Source: a virus (taxonomy: Duplodnaviria; Caudoviricetes). Taken from it: DNA of 64,000 bases. The notes under the pieces were generated by a model. That model was given only the letters and a program-made list of their open reading frames with translations. It did not search any database and was not told the origin of the DNA. Numbering within the stretch: position 1 is the stretch's first letter; each line of letters begins with the position of its first letter. The translations under genes were made by a program, and so were the position numbers. Location: positions 15-64,014 of IMG/VR virus record IMGVR_UViG_3300024980_000003; one strand, written 5' to 3'. Positions 45,236 through 55,089 of the stretch are shown here, piece after piece.

Positions 45236-45814
45236 TCACCGAATGCCTTTACTCGCTGTCACTTCGGTTTGATGGTTGTACTGCCCTACTACAGCGTAGC
45301 TCTTATCTTCCGGCACTTCTGTTACCATCACGAACTTCATCTGCCCGCACTTCTGCCCCGGCGTTAATGCTAGATAACCATGCTCTGAGTCGTTCTTGAA
45401 TTCCATCGTCAACTTGCTGTTATGCCAACCACAATCACAAAATCCGGCCAGTTGATGCGCCCAAAAGTTTCTGGCCTGGCTGCTCTTGAGTACGTATTCT
45501 GCGGTGATATTGTTCGGCAGGTTGAAAGTCTCAACGGTTTCAGCTAACGCCACTTGGCCCGGCTTTAATACCAGCATTTCACCGTCTTTCAACTCAACCA
45601 ACTCAAGGCTGATGTTTTGCTTATTGGCTAAATCAGTGAATAGCTCAATCGCCTTGGTGTCCTTTGTCACAATCCAAGGCTGAGGCTTTTCGATGTAAAA
45701 CCGATTGCCTAGCGTGACTTCGATACTAGCTGGATTAATGTTTTCCAATGGCGCATCAATAACGCCGTTCGCTACCAATTCAGCTAATTCGGTATGGCTT
45801 AATAAACCTCTCAT
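45236..45814 (-). CDS. dcd: dCTP deaminase / trimeric dUTPase family
   Basis: INPASIEVTLG, LAETVE, LKSSQAR, AGFCDCGW, YNHQ. Confidence 0.88.
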   Translation of the reverse strand: MRGLLSHTELAELVANGVIDAPLENINPASIEVTLGNRFYIEKPQPWIVTKDTKAIELFTDLANKQNISLELVELKDGEMLVLKPGQVALAETVETFNLPNNITAEYVLKSSQARNFWAHQLAGFCDCGWHNSKLTMEFKNDSEHGYLALTPGQKCGQMKFVMVTEVPEDKSYAVVGQYNHQTEVTASKGIR

Positions 45815-45827
45815 TCTTCATTTTTCC

Positions 45828-47036
45828 TTACATTGTTGTGCTTTTATCAAGCATTTTTGGATTAACTACGTGCCTGGCTACTTCGCCATACTCTTTATGC
45901 AGGATGATTGCCTTCATATCACGACCTGTCCGATAGCCCAGATTAGCCGCATACGCATCAGCCGGAGCCAATACCCTGAATGACTCGCAGCGTACCCCGT
46001 TAAAGTCTTTTACGCTGTCATGGTGAATATGGCCTGTCCACCAATATCTAAATTCAGTCTCGCCCCAATCACTCGCGCGATCTGATGCCATTATCATTGG
46101 CAATTTGTCATGCTTTACCTTATCACCGTGATGAGTTCCCACCAGGCACTTGCCGAACCGCCAATAATGGTAATGGCTGGGGCTTCGGTCTATGGTTATC
46201 CTTGACTCATTTTCATAGATATTATGCAGGCACTCGGTTAAAAATATCGATGAAGATGGATCGTGATTGCCAATCTCAATAATCACATGCACATATTCAT
46301 GCTTTTCAAGCGCTTTAGCTATCATGTAACGCACTGTCTTTATTGCCGCCCTGACCATCTTAGGGAATCTGCCGTCCGCATCCAGCAAATGCTTGTGAGC
46401 TGGAGTGACCGCTTCCCAAGAATCGTAGTGCATAAAATCGCCTAGCAGCGCAATCAGTGCTGTTTGACAGTTGGGCGACGACTCCACCAGATGATCGATT
46501 GAACCCATCAGCAAGCGAGTACCGATAGCAATGTCGTAATCTTCGCCGGTTTCAGGCATCCAACTTAGCATCCCAAAATGGTGATCCCCGACTGGATAAC
46601 AGGCCGCCAAATTAGCGTCCACAACCTCTGGCTTGGGTATCGGCTTAATCCTTGGTAACTCAGCCGCCATAGCTTCCAAAGCTTCCTTGAATATCTCCGC
46701 CTGCCTTTCACTATCCGCCGTCGATTTAATCCACTGAATCTTAGCCTCGCCGGTGGTCATGTCGTACAGCGTTGATGCGCCTTTCAACTTAAAACCATCC
46801 GGCACCGGATGCACCAGGTTATGCTTTGGCGAATAACCCATAGTGGCCGCCTTAAACTGCACCGCCTGCACCGCGCTGGAGATAGTCGATTTGTTGATGC
46901 CCAGCTTTTTCGCTGCGGCTCTCTGACTGCCCTCAGAGGCTATCGCCGCTAATATCTCTTTCTGTCGTTCGGTTGCGTAATCGCTGAGGTTAATGTCAAC
47001 GGGCTTTATCTCTCTTACTGCGTTGTTGTTAGCCAT
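45828..47036 (-). CDS. HTH plus calcineurin-like metallophosphoesterase
   Basis: DHHFG, LGDFMH, GNHD, HHGD, GHIHH motifs; N-terminal HTH. Confidence 0.85.
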   Translation of the reverse strand: MANNNAVREIKPVDINLSDYATERQKEILAAIASEGSQRAAAKKLGINKSTISSAVQAVQFKAATMGYSPKHNLVHPVPDGFKLKGASTLYDMTTGEAKIQWIKSTADSERQAEIFKEALEAMAAELPRIKPIPKPEVVDANLAACYPVGDHHFGMLSWMPETGEDYDIAIGTRLLMGSIDHLVESSPNCQTALIALLGDFMHYDSWEAVTPAHKHLLDADGRFPKMVRAAIKTVRYMIAKALEKHEYVHVIIEIGNHDPSSSIFLTECLHNIYENESRITIDRSPSHYHYWRFGKCLVGTHHGDKVKHDKLPMIMASDRASDWGETEFRYWWTGHIHHDSVKDFNGVRCESFRVLAPADAYAANLGYRTGRDMKAIILHKEYGEVARHVVNPKMLDKSTTM

Positions 47037-47071
47037 GCCTAGCCTGATTTTTTAGATTGGTGCAGATTGAG

Positions 47072-47314
47072 TTAGGTTTTAACTGTATCAACCGGATAGC
47101 GTAATTCCAGAATTAACTGTAACTCGTGAATCGCTTTTTCAATATCAACCCTACCCTTCCCAGTGGGCTTATCATGCCTTGTCGCTCTTTTTACAATACA
47201 ACCCTCAAGGAATGCCAGCTTGTTGGCTTCAATAAATTCTATCGGCTGAATCTTACAATCTTTGTAGTGTGAGCCGCCGATTTGAACATTTAACGCTGAT
47301 TCTTGCTTTTGCAT
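47072..47314 (-). CDS. DUF3310 family (T7 gp1.7 nucleotide kinase-like)
   Basis: QIGGSHYK..IQPIEFI..N...F.EG.IVK...R...K.G..DIEKA. Confidence 0.85.
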   Translation of the reverse strand: MQKQESALNVQIGGSHYKDCKIQPIEFIEANKLAFLEGCIVKRATRHDKPTGKGRVDIEKAIHELQLILELRYPVDTVKT

Positions 47315-47561
47315 AATTCATCTATCCAGATTGTTACCAGTGCGCCGATACAGATACCGACCATTATTAGCAGCATGTTTTCCATCTAGTCCCCATTAAA
47401 TGCCTGACTTCTGGCATCATCTTCATCAATCCCGTTGGCGCATTTAATCGCTACCCGCTCAAGAAAGTCTTGCTCTTTCTCATAATAAATAGGCAAGCAG
47501 TTCTCGTTGCATCTGGCTCGATACCAGCCTGAATCGTTGTCGTAGGGTTCTTGGTTATTGC

Positions 47562-47921
47562 TCATTTCAAATACTCTAAAATTGTTTCTCTTGCACTATC
47601 CCAACCATGACACACATCAACACGATAATTCTGCTCTTGCAGGTCAGCATGCCATTGCTTTTGCTCAGGGCTAACAGTGCCGCCTTTTTGCCGCTTCATT
47701 TCAATAAACAGTCCGTTGTAACCACCCTTGGCTACCGGCATGAATAAATCGGGAACACCTTTTTTAACGCCTTCGGCCTTGAGCTTTGTTGCTACCGCGA
47801 TATGACGATGACCGCCATTAGGTATGGCAAATAACAGTTTCAGTTCCGGTATTGTCTTGGCTTGGGCTTTAGACCATCGAATTAATGCTGATTGCTCTTG
47901 ATGCTCTAGGTCTTTAATCAT
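47562..47921 (-). CDS. VRR-NUC domain nuclease
   Basis: EHQEQ, FAIPNGG, GVKKGVPDL, FIEMK, SPEQ..W. Confidence 0.9.
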   Translation of the reverse strand: MIKDLEHQEQSALIRWSKAQAKTIPELKLLFAIPNGGHRHIAVATKLKAEGVKKGVPDLFMPVAKGGYNGLFIEMKRQKGGTVSPEQKQWHADLQEQNYRVDVCHGWDSARETILEYLK

Positions 47922-48105
47922 ACTCTTTTGACCAGTCATCACGACACTCAGGTCCACAAAACCGGCGCTCAATCCCTGTAGGTTCTTCGCACCATAAGCA
48001 ATGGCCGCTTGGGTTTGATGTATTTATCGGCTTACTTGATACAGCCTGAATACGCATCTGCAATAGCCGCGATTCGACCTCATCCGATCTATCTGCTTCA
48101 TCCAT
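47914..48105 (-). CDS. Small Zn-finger protein (DksA/TraR-like N-terminus)
   Basis: MDEADR...CLWCEEP...RRFCGPECRDDW. Confidence 0.75.
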   Translation of the reverse strand: MDEADRSDEVESRLLQMRIQAVSSKPINTSNPSGHCLWCEEPTGIERRFCGPECRDDWSKEYD

Positions 48106-48220
48106 TATTAATTCCTTTCCATAGCAGCTTTGCTCCGAGATAGAGCGCTGAGGCTGCTATGCCGATAACCCCGATAACGAGTATCAGGGCGTTGGTGATT
48201 TTAGATAATAACCACATAAA

Positions 48221-48637
48221 TTAAAAGGGAATGTCGTCATCGAAGTTGTCTTGCGCTGGCGCTTGCGGTCTTGCTGCCTGTTGCTGCGGTTTTTGTGCTG
48301 GCTCGGCCTGTGAGCCTGAGTCATTGCGCTTACCGACGAGATCAATAATATTGGCATTCAGCTCTAAACTGGTTTTAGTAGAACCGTCTTGCGCTCGGTA
48401 TTCGCTTTGAGTTAATTCGCCTGAAATGAACACCTGCTGGCCTTTCTTCAAGAAATCCTGCAACTGACCTTCCGCTCTCTTACCCCATACCGCCACTCTA
48501 ATCCATAAAGTCTGTTGCTTCTCCCCAAAGCCGATATTGTTGGCTACGGTCACGTTTAAAACCGCTTGACCTGATGGTAAATAACGGACTTCCGCATCAC
48601 GGCCGACAGTGCCGGTAAAACTAAATACGTTCGACAT
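48221..48637 (-). CDS. ssb: Single-stranded DNA-binding protein
   Basis: GRDAEVRY..G, VWGKRAE, LKKGQQV, acidic DDDIPF tail. Confidence 0.95.
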   Translation of the reverse strand: MSNVFSFTGTVGRDAEVRYLPSGQAVLNVTVANNIGFGEKQQTLWIRVAVWGKRAEGQLQDFLKKGQQVFISGELTQSEYRAQDGSTKTSLELNANIIDLVGKRNDSGSQAEPAQKPQQQAARPQAPAQDNFDDDIPF

Positions 48638-48659
48638 ACTTAACTCCTGTTTAAATTAA

Positions 48660-48995
48660 TTACAATTCCTGCTCGAGCCACTCTATTTCCGCAATAGCTT
48701 GGCGATGCGTCTTGTTGCACAGCTCGACAATACGATTTGCCGCATACTGCTCTGCTGTTTCTGAATTGATGTATTTATCGTAGAACTGCCATGCTTTTTC
48801 TACGTCCAGTTCAAATCCCACTTCATCATGCTCATGCACCTTGCCGCCCAGCTTCACAATATCAGCCAGCATATAGCAGAATGTTTCTTGCGATTCGCAC
48901 AGGTACATCAAAAAAATAATATCTTCTCGGCCTTTGATGGTGATTTCTGGAACTTCGCCCTTGAGAATGGCTAACTGCCTTGAAATTCTGCTCAT
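48660..48995 (-). CDS. Hypothetical protein
   Basis: 111 aa with AGGA RBS. Confidence 0.7.
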   Translation of the reverse strand: MSRISRQLAILKGEVPEITIKGREDIIFLMYLCESQETFCYMLADIVKLGGKVHEHDEVGFELDVEKAWQFYDKYINSETAEQYAANRIVELCNKTHRQAIAEIEWLEQEL

Positions 48996-49072
48996 AGTTT
49001 TTCCTTTTTTTTGTAGGTGTTAATTATACTACTTTCTTTATAAAAATTAGTGATTTATTTACGTATTTTTAC

Positions 49073-49315
49073 CTATTTTCCGTTAGGGAATAGCCGTATA
49101 AATTCAGCCGTCATCCGGTCGATTTCAGCTCTAGTGGCCTTTGTCAGTGCTGAGTAAACCTTTTTGGCTTTACCACTGTTCTCAGCCCTACGTTTGGCGA
49201 ATATCGCCTTGTATTTGCCTCCCGTCTCATGCGCGATACCGGCATCCAGTAAATCGCTATGCAGCATCTTTAGTTGCTCGGCCGTCATGCAAGTTAGATA
49301 ATTTTGTAAGCTCAT
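49073..49315 (-). CDS. Hypothetical protein
   Basis: ATGA-coupled. Confidence 0.65.
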   Translation of the reverse strand: MSLQNYLTCMTAEQLKMLHSDLLDAGIAHETGGKYKAIFAKRRAENSGKAKKVYSALTKATRAEIDRMTAEFIRLFPNGK

Positions 49316-49560
49316 TTTCCTAGTAACTCGATTGTTCTTGCTAAAAGATGCAATTCAGAACCGTAAATGTTCTCGAACTGCTGCTTTGACATGTGAATTG
49401 AAAAATCCCCTTGGTGATGCTCTCTGCATAAAGGGATTGTCAAGAAGTCGTCTTTTATGCGCTCTGCTCTAATGTGATGCACATTGGCTGGTTGCTGGCA
49501 TATCAGACACCCAAGCGAAGCAACCTTTCCCATGTGACGCTTTGCTGCCGCTTTACTCAT
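49312..49560 (-). CDS. Ref/DUF968-like HNH-fold protein
   Basis: LGCLIC...HHIR...IPLCREHH...FE..YGSE. Confidence 0.8.
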   Translation of the reverse strand: MSKAAAKRHMGKVASLGCLICQQPANVHHIRAERIKDDFLTIPLCREHHQGDFSIHMSKQQFENIYGSELHLLARTIELLGK

Positions 49561-50015
49561 ACAAACCTCAACATTTCATTAACAACCCGATCAAGGTCAT
49601 TCTTTGTGTAATTGGTTAAAACCTTTTGCAATACCACATCGGCAACCTTGCTATACACCGATTCAAATTCATCCTGCTCCATGCTGGCGAAGCTCATTGA
49701 TTTAGCTTCATATCGCACGTCGCCTTTGATGTTGACTACCGGATAGCCGAACCCTGACATAATCAATAAATCCTTTCTGAATCTTTCCTTGTTTTTCTCT
49801 ATCTGTATGCCCTTGTATTCATTAACCGGCATTTCCCATGCATCAAAAGCCACATCAAGCATTTTGAAAAACTTGCGGTGAAATGCCAGATTTCTTGGCT
49901 TGGTTATCTCGGCCTTGAATTCATCGTTAGGCTTCATTGCATCCATTGCCTCGACGCTGTTCTGATCTACCGGCACAAAGGAGTTATAGAGTTTTCGCAA
50001 ATATAATGTAGCCAT
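49557..50015 (-). CDS. DUF1367 / NinB-like protein
   Basis: PRNLAFHRKFF, KSMSFASMEQDEFESVY. Confidence 0.8.
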   Translation of the reverse strand: MATLYLRKLYNSFVPVDQNSVEAMDAMKPNDEFKAEITKPRNLAFHRKFFKMLDVAFDAWEMPVNEYKGIQIEKNKERFRKDLLIMSGFGYPVVNIKGDVRYEAKSMSFASMEQDEFESVYSKVADVVLQKVLTNYTKNDLDRVVNEMLRFV

Positions 50016-50055
50016 TAAACCCTCTGCCCATTACGTCTTGCGATAGCATTGTATT

Positions 50056-50793
50056 TCAAAATAGAAATCCTCTTGATTGCATAAAATCAACAGGATGCTT
50101 GGCGGATTTTTGAAGATTGCATTTTTTTCTTAGAAGCTGAATATTGTCATCAGTATTAGTGCCACCTAGCTTTAGCGGCATAATATGATCCATGTGATAG
50201 TCCTCGCCTAACGGCAAATTGCAGCATGGGCATTTTCCACGTTGTAATTTAAATAGTTTTTCAGCTAGTCCTAGTGATAATCTACCTCCAGAAGATTTAA
50301 CAAGCGCCCTTCGATTATGTCTATATATTGTGCATTTTTCTGGATTATTTTTTGCCCACTCCTTAGCTAGTAAGGCTTTCTTTTCTTTATTTTTAGATGA
50401 CCACAGCTTGCAATTTTCATATGTTTTTTCTTTATTTTTTGCATACCAAATATTTTGTGTTAATTTTATTGCATCTTTGTTGTTTTTATAATAAGCCTTG
50501 CGATACTCAATTATTTTTTCCTTATTGTTTTTTACCCATGACTTGCTAGATTCAAGCGACTTTTCTTTATTATTTGCATAATATAATTTTTTCTTTTCTT
50601 TTATTTCTTTTATATTAGCTTCCCTATATGCTTTGTCATTTGATGCTTTTTTTTCCCTATTAGCTTCTCTATAGGCTTTGTCAACTTCTGCCTTTCTAAC
50701 TTTATTTGCGGCTCTATATTCAGCCGCCTTGTCTTTATTTTTTGCGCGATATGCCGCATCTACAAGTTTTTTTTCTTCTTTAGTCTGTGCCAT
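50056..50793 (-). CDS. HNH homing-type endonuclease with Lys-rich repeats
   Basis: YREANKEK-type repeats; CPCC, HMDHIMPL..GG.N..DNIQLL..CN..K. Confidence 0.9.
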   Translation of the reverse strand: MAQTKEEKKLVDAAYRAKNKDKAAEYRAANKVRKAEVDKAYREANREKKASNDKAYREANIKEIKEKKKLYYANNKEKSLESSKSWVKNNKEKIIEYRKAYYKNNKDAIKLTQNIWYAKNKEKTYENCKLWSSKNKEKKALLAKEWAKNNPEKCTIYRHNRRALVKSSGGRLSLGLAEKLFKLQRGKCPCCNLPLGEDYHMDHIMPLKLGGTNTDDNIQLLRKKCNLQKSAKHPVDFMQSRGFLF

Positions 50794-50833
50794 TTCGATA
50801 CCCATTGAATAGTTGGGTTAAGAATACATTAGG

Positions 50834-50891
50834 GTGTGAGGAAACAAGGTATTCAAGCTTGCTTGTCGGGTTCGATGCCCTATCCTCACAC
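50834..50891 (-). ncRNA. C4-like antisense RNA upstream of the HNH gene
   Basis: GTGTGAGGA/TCCTCACAC stem with two inner hairpins; loop TTGAATAC is complementary to downstream GTATTC and TATTCAA; TATAAT just upstream. Confidence 0.6.
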
Positions 50892-51355
50892 GCTTATTAT
50901 ACTATTTATTTATAAATACTTTTGTTTTAACTGCCACTTATTAATTCACCCATTATGTCTACGCGCTCCATTACGCAACGCTATGCAATTTAGAATCTGT
51001 TCTGTCTGTACGCTATGCCCCACCCCTCTCGCTGGCTCAACGATGATCCGGCTATTCGGGTTCGTGTTGCGCGGCCTTGGCTTGAGTTGCAGGTTTCTCG
51101 CTCTAATGTCGGCTGCTGTTGTGTGTTTCATAAATGGATAGTTCCAGAGATTCAAGGGATCGATAAAATTCCAATGACCATTATTCACTTCATAATCCTA
51201 CTGATAACGAACAGCCACAACAAGCAGCCGATAACGTAGATGATCGAAGCATCACTCATGACCATCGCTCCATATCAACCAGCCCAGCCCCACAATAGCC
51301 ACCGCACAACCGGCAATCGCCCTGGCGAGATAGGCGTGGTTTTGTATTAGCTCAA

Positions 51356-52966
51356 TCATGCGGCCTCCAGCATAATCGAAGTATCCAGTTTAAGTTTTTC
51401 GCAGGCCGCCAAATGTGACTCCATCAGCTGCTCATCGGTGGGTTTGTCATAATATCGGGTTTTTGGCATCACCATAGCGCGAGTGACCTTTTCGGCATCT
51501 TCAAACTGTTTCCAAAACGCCTTGGAAGCTTGAGCATCATCCGCCGGCAACCATTGACGCTCTTTGCCGACTAACCGATTCAACCGATCGATGACAACTT
51601 TATTGGTTGGGAAAAAATGTATAGTCCCTACGCCAGGGTAATAGCGTACATCAAAGTAATCAGTTGACAGCCGCTCGCCCTTAGATAGCTGTGTAAGCGC
51701 CGTTGAATCCTCGAACAGGTCATAAAGAGAAACCAAGCAATTTGCTTTCCCGTCTAACATCGCGAAGGTTTTATCAAAATCCGCTAGTTTTTGTTTTGCC
51801 TCCCAGCTTAAAAATCCATAAGAACGGACATTCGGCAAAATAAACCGCGTCATTTGCACCCTGAATGCCTGTTCCTTGTGCCGGCTGTTTGATTTCCATC
51901 CGCGGTAATACGCTCTATTCTCTGGGATGTATTTAGTTATTTCATCAAAACAGTCCAATAACATTTGCATATTCATGTCGGTTTGACTATTGACCAGGCC
52001 CAGCAGAAAGCCGCGTATGTTTGACTCAGTAAAACTGAGCTGGGAAACCGCTTCAAAATCGGCATGCAGTTTTTGATACGCTTTTGATGATAAATACTTA
52101 CTGAACTCGGTCGAGTTTAAAACGTTCGACCAGGCTTTCTTTTTTAGTGAGTTATAACTACCGTTAAAACGCTCCTGTAGCTCGCCAGCCACAACCTCAA
52201 CGTCTTTAGGTTGATTGATCGCCTGTCCTAGTAATCGGCTGTAATAATTGGCCTCCTCCTGCGCCAATTCAGCGGCTCTTAACGACGCTACAGCGGCATT
52301 GAATACGGCAATGGCATTACTGATTGAACTGCCCTTGATGGCTAATTCCTGTTTGGCTTCGCGCTCTATGCCAACCGGACTCTCTACGTGCAGTCCATGT
52401 GTGAAATTGTGCTTGAGGTCGGCTTTTTTCTCGATCCAAATTAGCGCAACCTCCACATTGGTTTTGCGTTGCGTGTCCGGGTCCATGAACGCCTGATCGA
52501 TAAACTCAACTGCGCCGCCGCTCGCCTCAATTATATTAATCAATCGCTTTCTTTGCGCTGAATATGGATTCTTGACAGTTTCGGCATTAACGATGCTGAC
52601 CAACTCGCCATCGACCAGCAAATCCCAGGCCTTTAACGTATGCTCCGCTCCGGCATTAAAGGGCGGATTCATGATGATATGGCTATACAGCGCGGCTCCA
52701 TCAAATTGCATAAAGTCGCCATCGATCACCCGCAATTTTTTGTCGCGTAAAATTGCTTGATTGCTCAAGTCGATTTCAATGCAGTCAATCCGTTCCGGGG
52801 TGCGGCTATAGTGTCCTGTGATAAACGGTGCCACTAGATCGCCTCGACCGGCTGATGGGTCAAGGATTCGGACAATGTTTTTATTTTTGAATTTGCCCTT
52901 GGCCCTAATAGCAAGGCTAATGGGCGTTGGGTAAAATTGGTTATCTTTCATTATATCATCCCCCAA
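51356..52966 (-). CDS. N6-adenine class I SAM methyltransferase fused to a DUF4942-like domain
   Basis: QFYPTP, ILDPSAGRG, IIMNPPF, GWKSN, YFDVRYY.G.GTIHF. Confidence 0.85.
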   Translation of the reverse strand: MGDDIMKDNQFYPTPISLAIRAKGKFKNKNIVRILDPSAGRGDLVAPFITGHYSRTPERIDCIEIDLSNQAILRDKKLRVIDGDFMQFDGAALYSHIIMNPPFNAGAEHTLKAWDLLVDGELVSIVNAETVKNPYSAQRKRLINIIEASGGAVEFIDQAFMDPDTQRKTNVEVALIWIEKKADLKHNFTHGLHVESPVGIEREAKQELAIKGSSISNAIAVFNAAVASLRAAELAQEEANYYSRLLGQAINQPKDVEVVAGELQERFNGSYNSLKKKAWSNVLNSTEFSKYLSSKAYQKLHADFEAVSQLSFTESNIRGFLLGLVNSQTDMNMQMLLDCFDEITKYIPENRAYYRGWKSNSRHKEQAFRVQMTRFILPNVRSYGFLSWEAKQKLADFDKTFAMLDGKANCLVSLYDLFEDSTALTQLSKGERLSTDYFDVRYYPGVGTIHFFPTNKVVIDRLNRLVGKERQWLPADDAQASKAFWKQFEDAEKVTRAMVMPKTRYYDKPTDEQLMESHLAACEKLKLDTSIMLEAA

Positions 52967-53108
52967 TACTCAGGCTTCATCGTCCTGACGGTTGTTGTGC
53001 TGCGGTTATCGTTTATCGCCGCATCCTGCCGGGTACGGTGCGCTATGCGTTTTTCCAGTGGATCAAACCAGCCCATGATGAATCTTGTGATTAAAATTGT
53101 GTCCATGA

Positions 53109-53915
53109 TTAACGCCTCCCCCGGTAGCTTTCCCAATCAAACTTAACCCAAGTTCCGTTTTCTTTGAGACGGTCAAAACTGCGCTCTGTGATGAATTCAG
53201 AAAAACCCTTAGTACCAAGATTGGTTAACAGTATCGTCGGCTTCATATCGCGGTAACGGCGGTTGATAATGTCAAACAGCAATACTTGTTCGTTTTCTGT
53301 ACCGTTTTGTACGCCAACCTCATCAATCACTAGCAAATCGATTGATCCAAGCAAGTTCAGTACGTCTGTTTCCGATTGCTCCGATCCTTTGCGCCAAGTG
53401 TCTCGAACCATACGTACCGCATCCAGCGCATTAATGTACATAGCGGTATAGGACGGCATAATGGATTGAGCAATCGCCAAGGCCAAATGGGTTTTGCCGG
53501 TTCCGGCCTTGCCCGAGAAAATCAGCGAGGTTCCTTCTTTGGCATGGTCGGTAAAGTTCTTAGCGAAAGATTCAGCAATAGCGAAAGCGTTTTCCTGTCC
53601 GGCGTTTGACGCAATAAAGTTATCAAAGCTGCGTTCACGAAAGCGCAGCGGAATACCGGCTTGATTCAATCGGTGTTCAATGCGCTTTTGTTTTTTCTGA
53701 GACTCGATTTCCAGCCTGATCTTTTCATCTTCTTCGGCCCTGATCTTTCCGCACGTCTGACAGCCTGACCAGATGATCTTGTTTTCAAAAAACAGATGGC
53801 CGTTTTCGATATAGGGGCCATGTTTTTCGCAAGTTGACGGCCGGGTTAATTGGTCGCCAATGCTCATGGCGCTGGTGTCGATTATTTTTTTCAAACTAGA
53901 AACTGCCATCTTCAT
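53109..53915 (-). CDS. DnaC/IstB-like helicase loader
   Basis: GKAGTGKTHLA, LLVIDEVG, IINRRY, PTILLTN. Confidence 0.92.
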   Translation of the reverse strand: MKMAVSSLKKIIDTSAMSIGDQLTRPSTCEKHGPYIENGHLFFENKIIWSGCQTCGKIRAEEDEKIRLEIESQKKQKRIEHRLNQAGIPLRFRERSFDNFIASNAGQENAFAIAESFAKNFTDHAKEGTSLIFSGKAGTGKTHLALAIAQSIMPSYTAMYINALDAVRMVRDTWRKGSEQSETDVLNLLGSIDLLVIDEVGVQNGTENEQVLLFDIINRRYRDMKPTILLTNLGTKGFSEFITERSFDRLKENGTWVKFDWESYRGRR

Positions 53916-54666
53916 TCACCCCTTCGTTGTAGTCGATGCCAGCAAGTGACATTCTTGATTGCTTAGGTTTGTTTTGTTGAGCAGGTCGGTTGGCGTACCA
54001 ATCAGCATTAAATCCCTGCCAGTTTCTTTCGATTGATATGCGAACAGCTTCCTCAATTAAAATTCCAGCCTTGTCAGCTTCGCGCTGAAAACCATTCATT
54101 GCAGTTTTAGTGATAGCGGCTTTTTTCCCCTTCCTGAACACTACAAAATCTTGAGCAAGTTCGCCATCAATTCCGTACTCAAGCAGTAACAAAAAGTCAG
54201 CGCCAAGTTTTCTATTATTATTTACTGGTGGTTGCTTTACTGGTGGTTCTAATGGTGTTTCATGTTCAGGGGTTGAACTTATCGGGTTCAAGGGTTGAAC
54301 TTTTCGCAGTTCAAGGGTTGAACTTATCGTTGATGCATGAATCTTTCGTAACTCTTTGATTATTTCGATAAGTTCACGGTCTGAATTTATCGGTAGTTCA
54401 CTCCTTAGACTTATCGTATAAGTGTTTACCGTTTTTCCCTTGCCTATCTCACTGTGAGATTCAACTTTTAATATCCCAACGCCCTTTAAAATCTTTAGGC
54501 ATTTGCTCAAAGTCGCCTTTGCCATTCCTGTTTTTTGCGCCAAAGTGTTGTAGCCAGGATAAGCAAAACCTTCGTTATTGGCGCAATCGGAAATAGCCAG
54601 CAATACGATCTTCTCCGCTGAATTTAACGGCATATCCCAAGCTTCATTCATATATTTAATAGACAT
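53896..54666 (-). CDS. Replication initiator (lambda O-like, N-terminal wHTH)
   Basis: KIVLLAISD.AN.EG.AYP; WQGFNADW; internal iterons. Confidence 0.88.
   Translation of the reverse strand: MSIKYMNEAWDMPLNSAEKIVLLAISDCANNEGFAYPGYNTLAQKTGMAKATLSKCLKILKGVGILKVESHSEIGKGKTVNTYTISLRSELPINSDRELIEIIKELRKIHASTISSTLELRKVQPLNPISSTPEHETPLEPPVKQPPVNNNRKLGADFLLLLEYGIDGELAQDFVVFRKGKKAAITKTAMNGFQREADKAGILIEEAVRISIERNWQGFNADWYANRPAQQNKPKQSRMSLAGIDYNEGVNEDGSF
54264..54325. repeat. Replication origin iterons
   Basis: GTTCA(A/G)GGGTTGAACTT at 54264, 54286 and 54309; weaker copy at 54372. Confidence 0.8.
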
Positions 54667-54767
54667 AGTTGTACATTTCTTTCATAATTGACCCGCGTTG
54701 ATAAAAAGCCCTGGTAATCTTTGGTCGGATTCAGGGCTTTTTTGTTTTAAAAAATCCGCTTTACTGC

Positions 54768-55007
54768 TTATTTAATTACTCTCAAAAATACCGGCTTTTT
54801 AGCATCGGTTTCTTTTTCGTAATGACCCTGAAAAATATCTTCGCCATAGCTGTCAAACACAAAATGACGGATATTCCATAGAATGGTGTCTTGCGCTATT
54901 ATTTGATCCTGCATGGAATTAATAAGGTCTAACTGGCTCTTGATAGTCTCAAGTAAATAAACTTGGTTCTCCCTTAGCTCAGTTAATTCTTTTTCAATTT
55001 TATCCAT
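54768..55007 (-). CDS. Coiled-coil hypothetical protein
   Basis: GGAG RBS, MDKIEKEL start. Confidence 0.7.
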   Translation of the reverse strand: MDKIEKELTELRENQVYLLETIKSQLDLINSMQDQIIAQDTILWNIRHFVFDSYGEDIFQGHYEKETDAKKPVFLRVIK

Positions 55008-55038
55008 TTCGTTACTCCGATAACCCGACAATAAATGA

Positions 55039-55089
55039 GCGTAGCAACATGGTCGGAGACATGCGTTCGGCTGGCCTGCCTAGCTACGC
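55039..55089 (-). ncRNA. C4-like antisense RNA
   Basis: GCGTAGC/GCTACGC stem; CTAGG-loop-CCGAA; loop TCTCCGAC is complementary to downstream GTCGG and TCGGAG (RBS). Confidence 0.6.

Noticed and set aside
54753-54765. Self-target of the tentative first TnpB guide (AAGCGGATT match)
   Set aside because: Only about 9 contiguous nt match, the guide boundary is uncertain, and chance is plausible.
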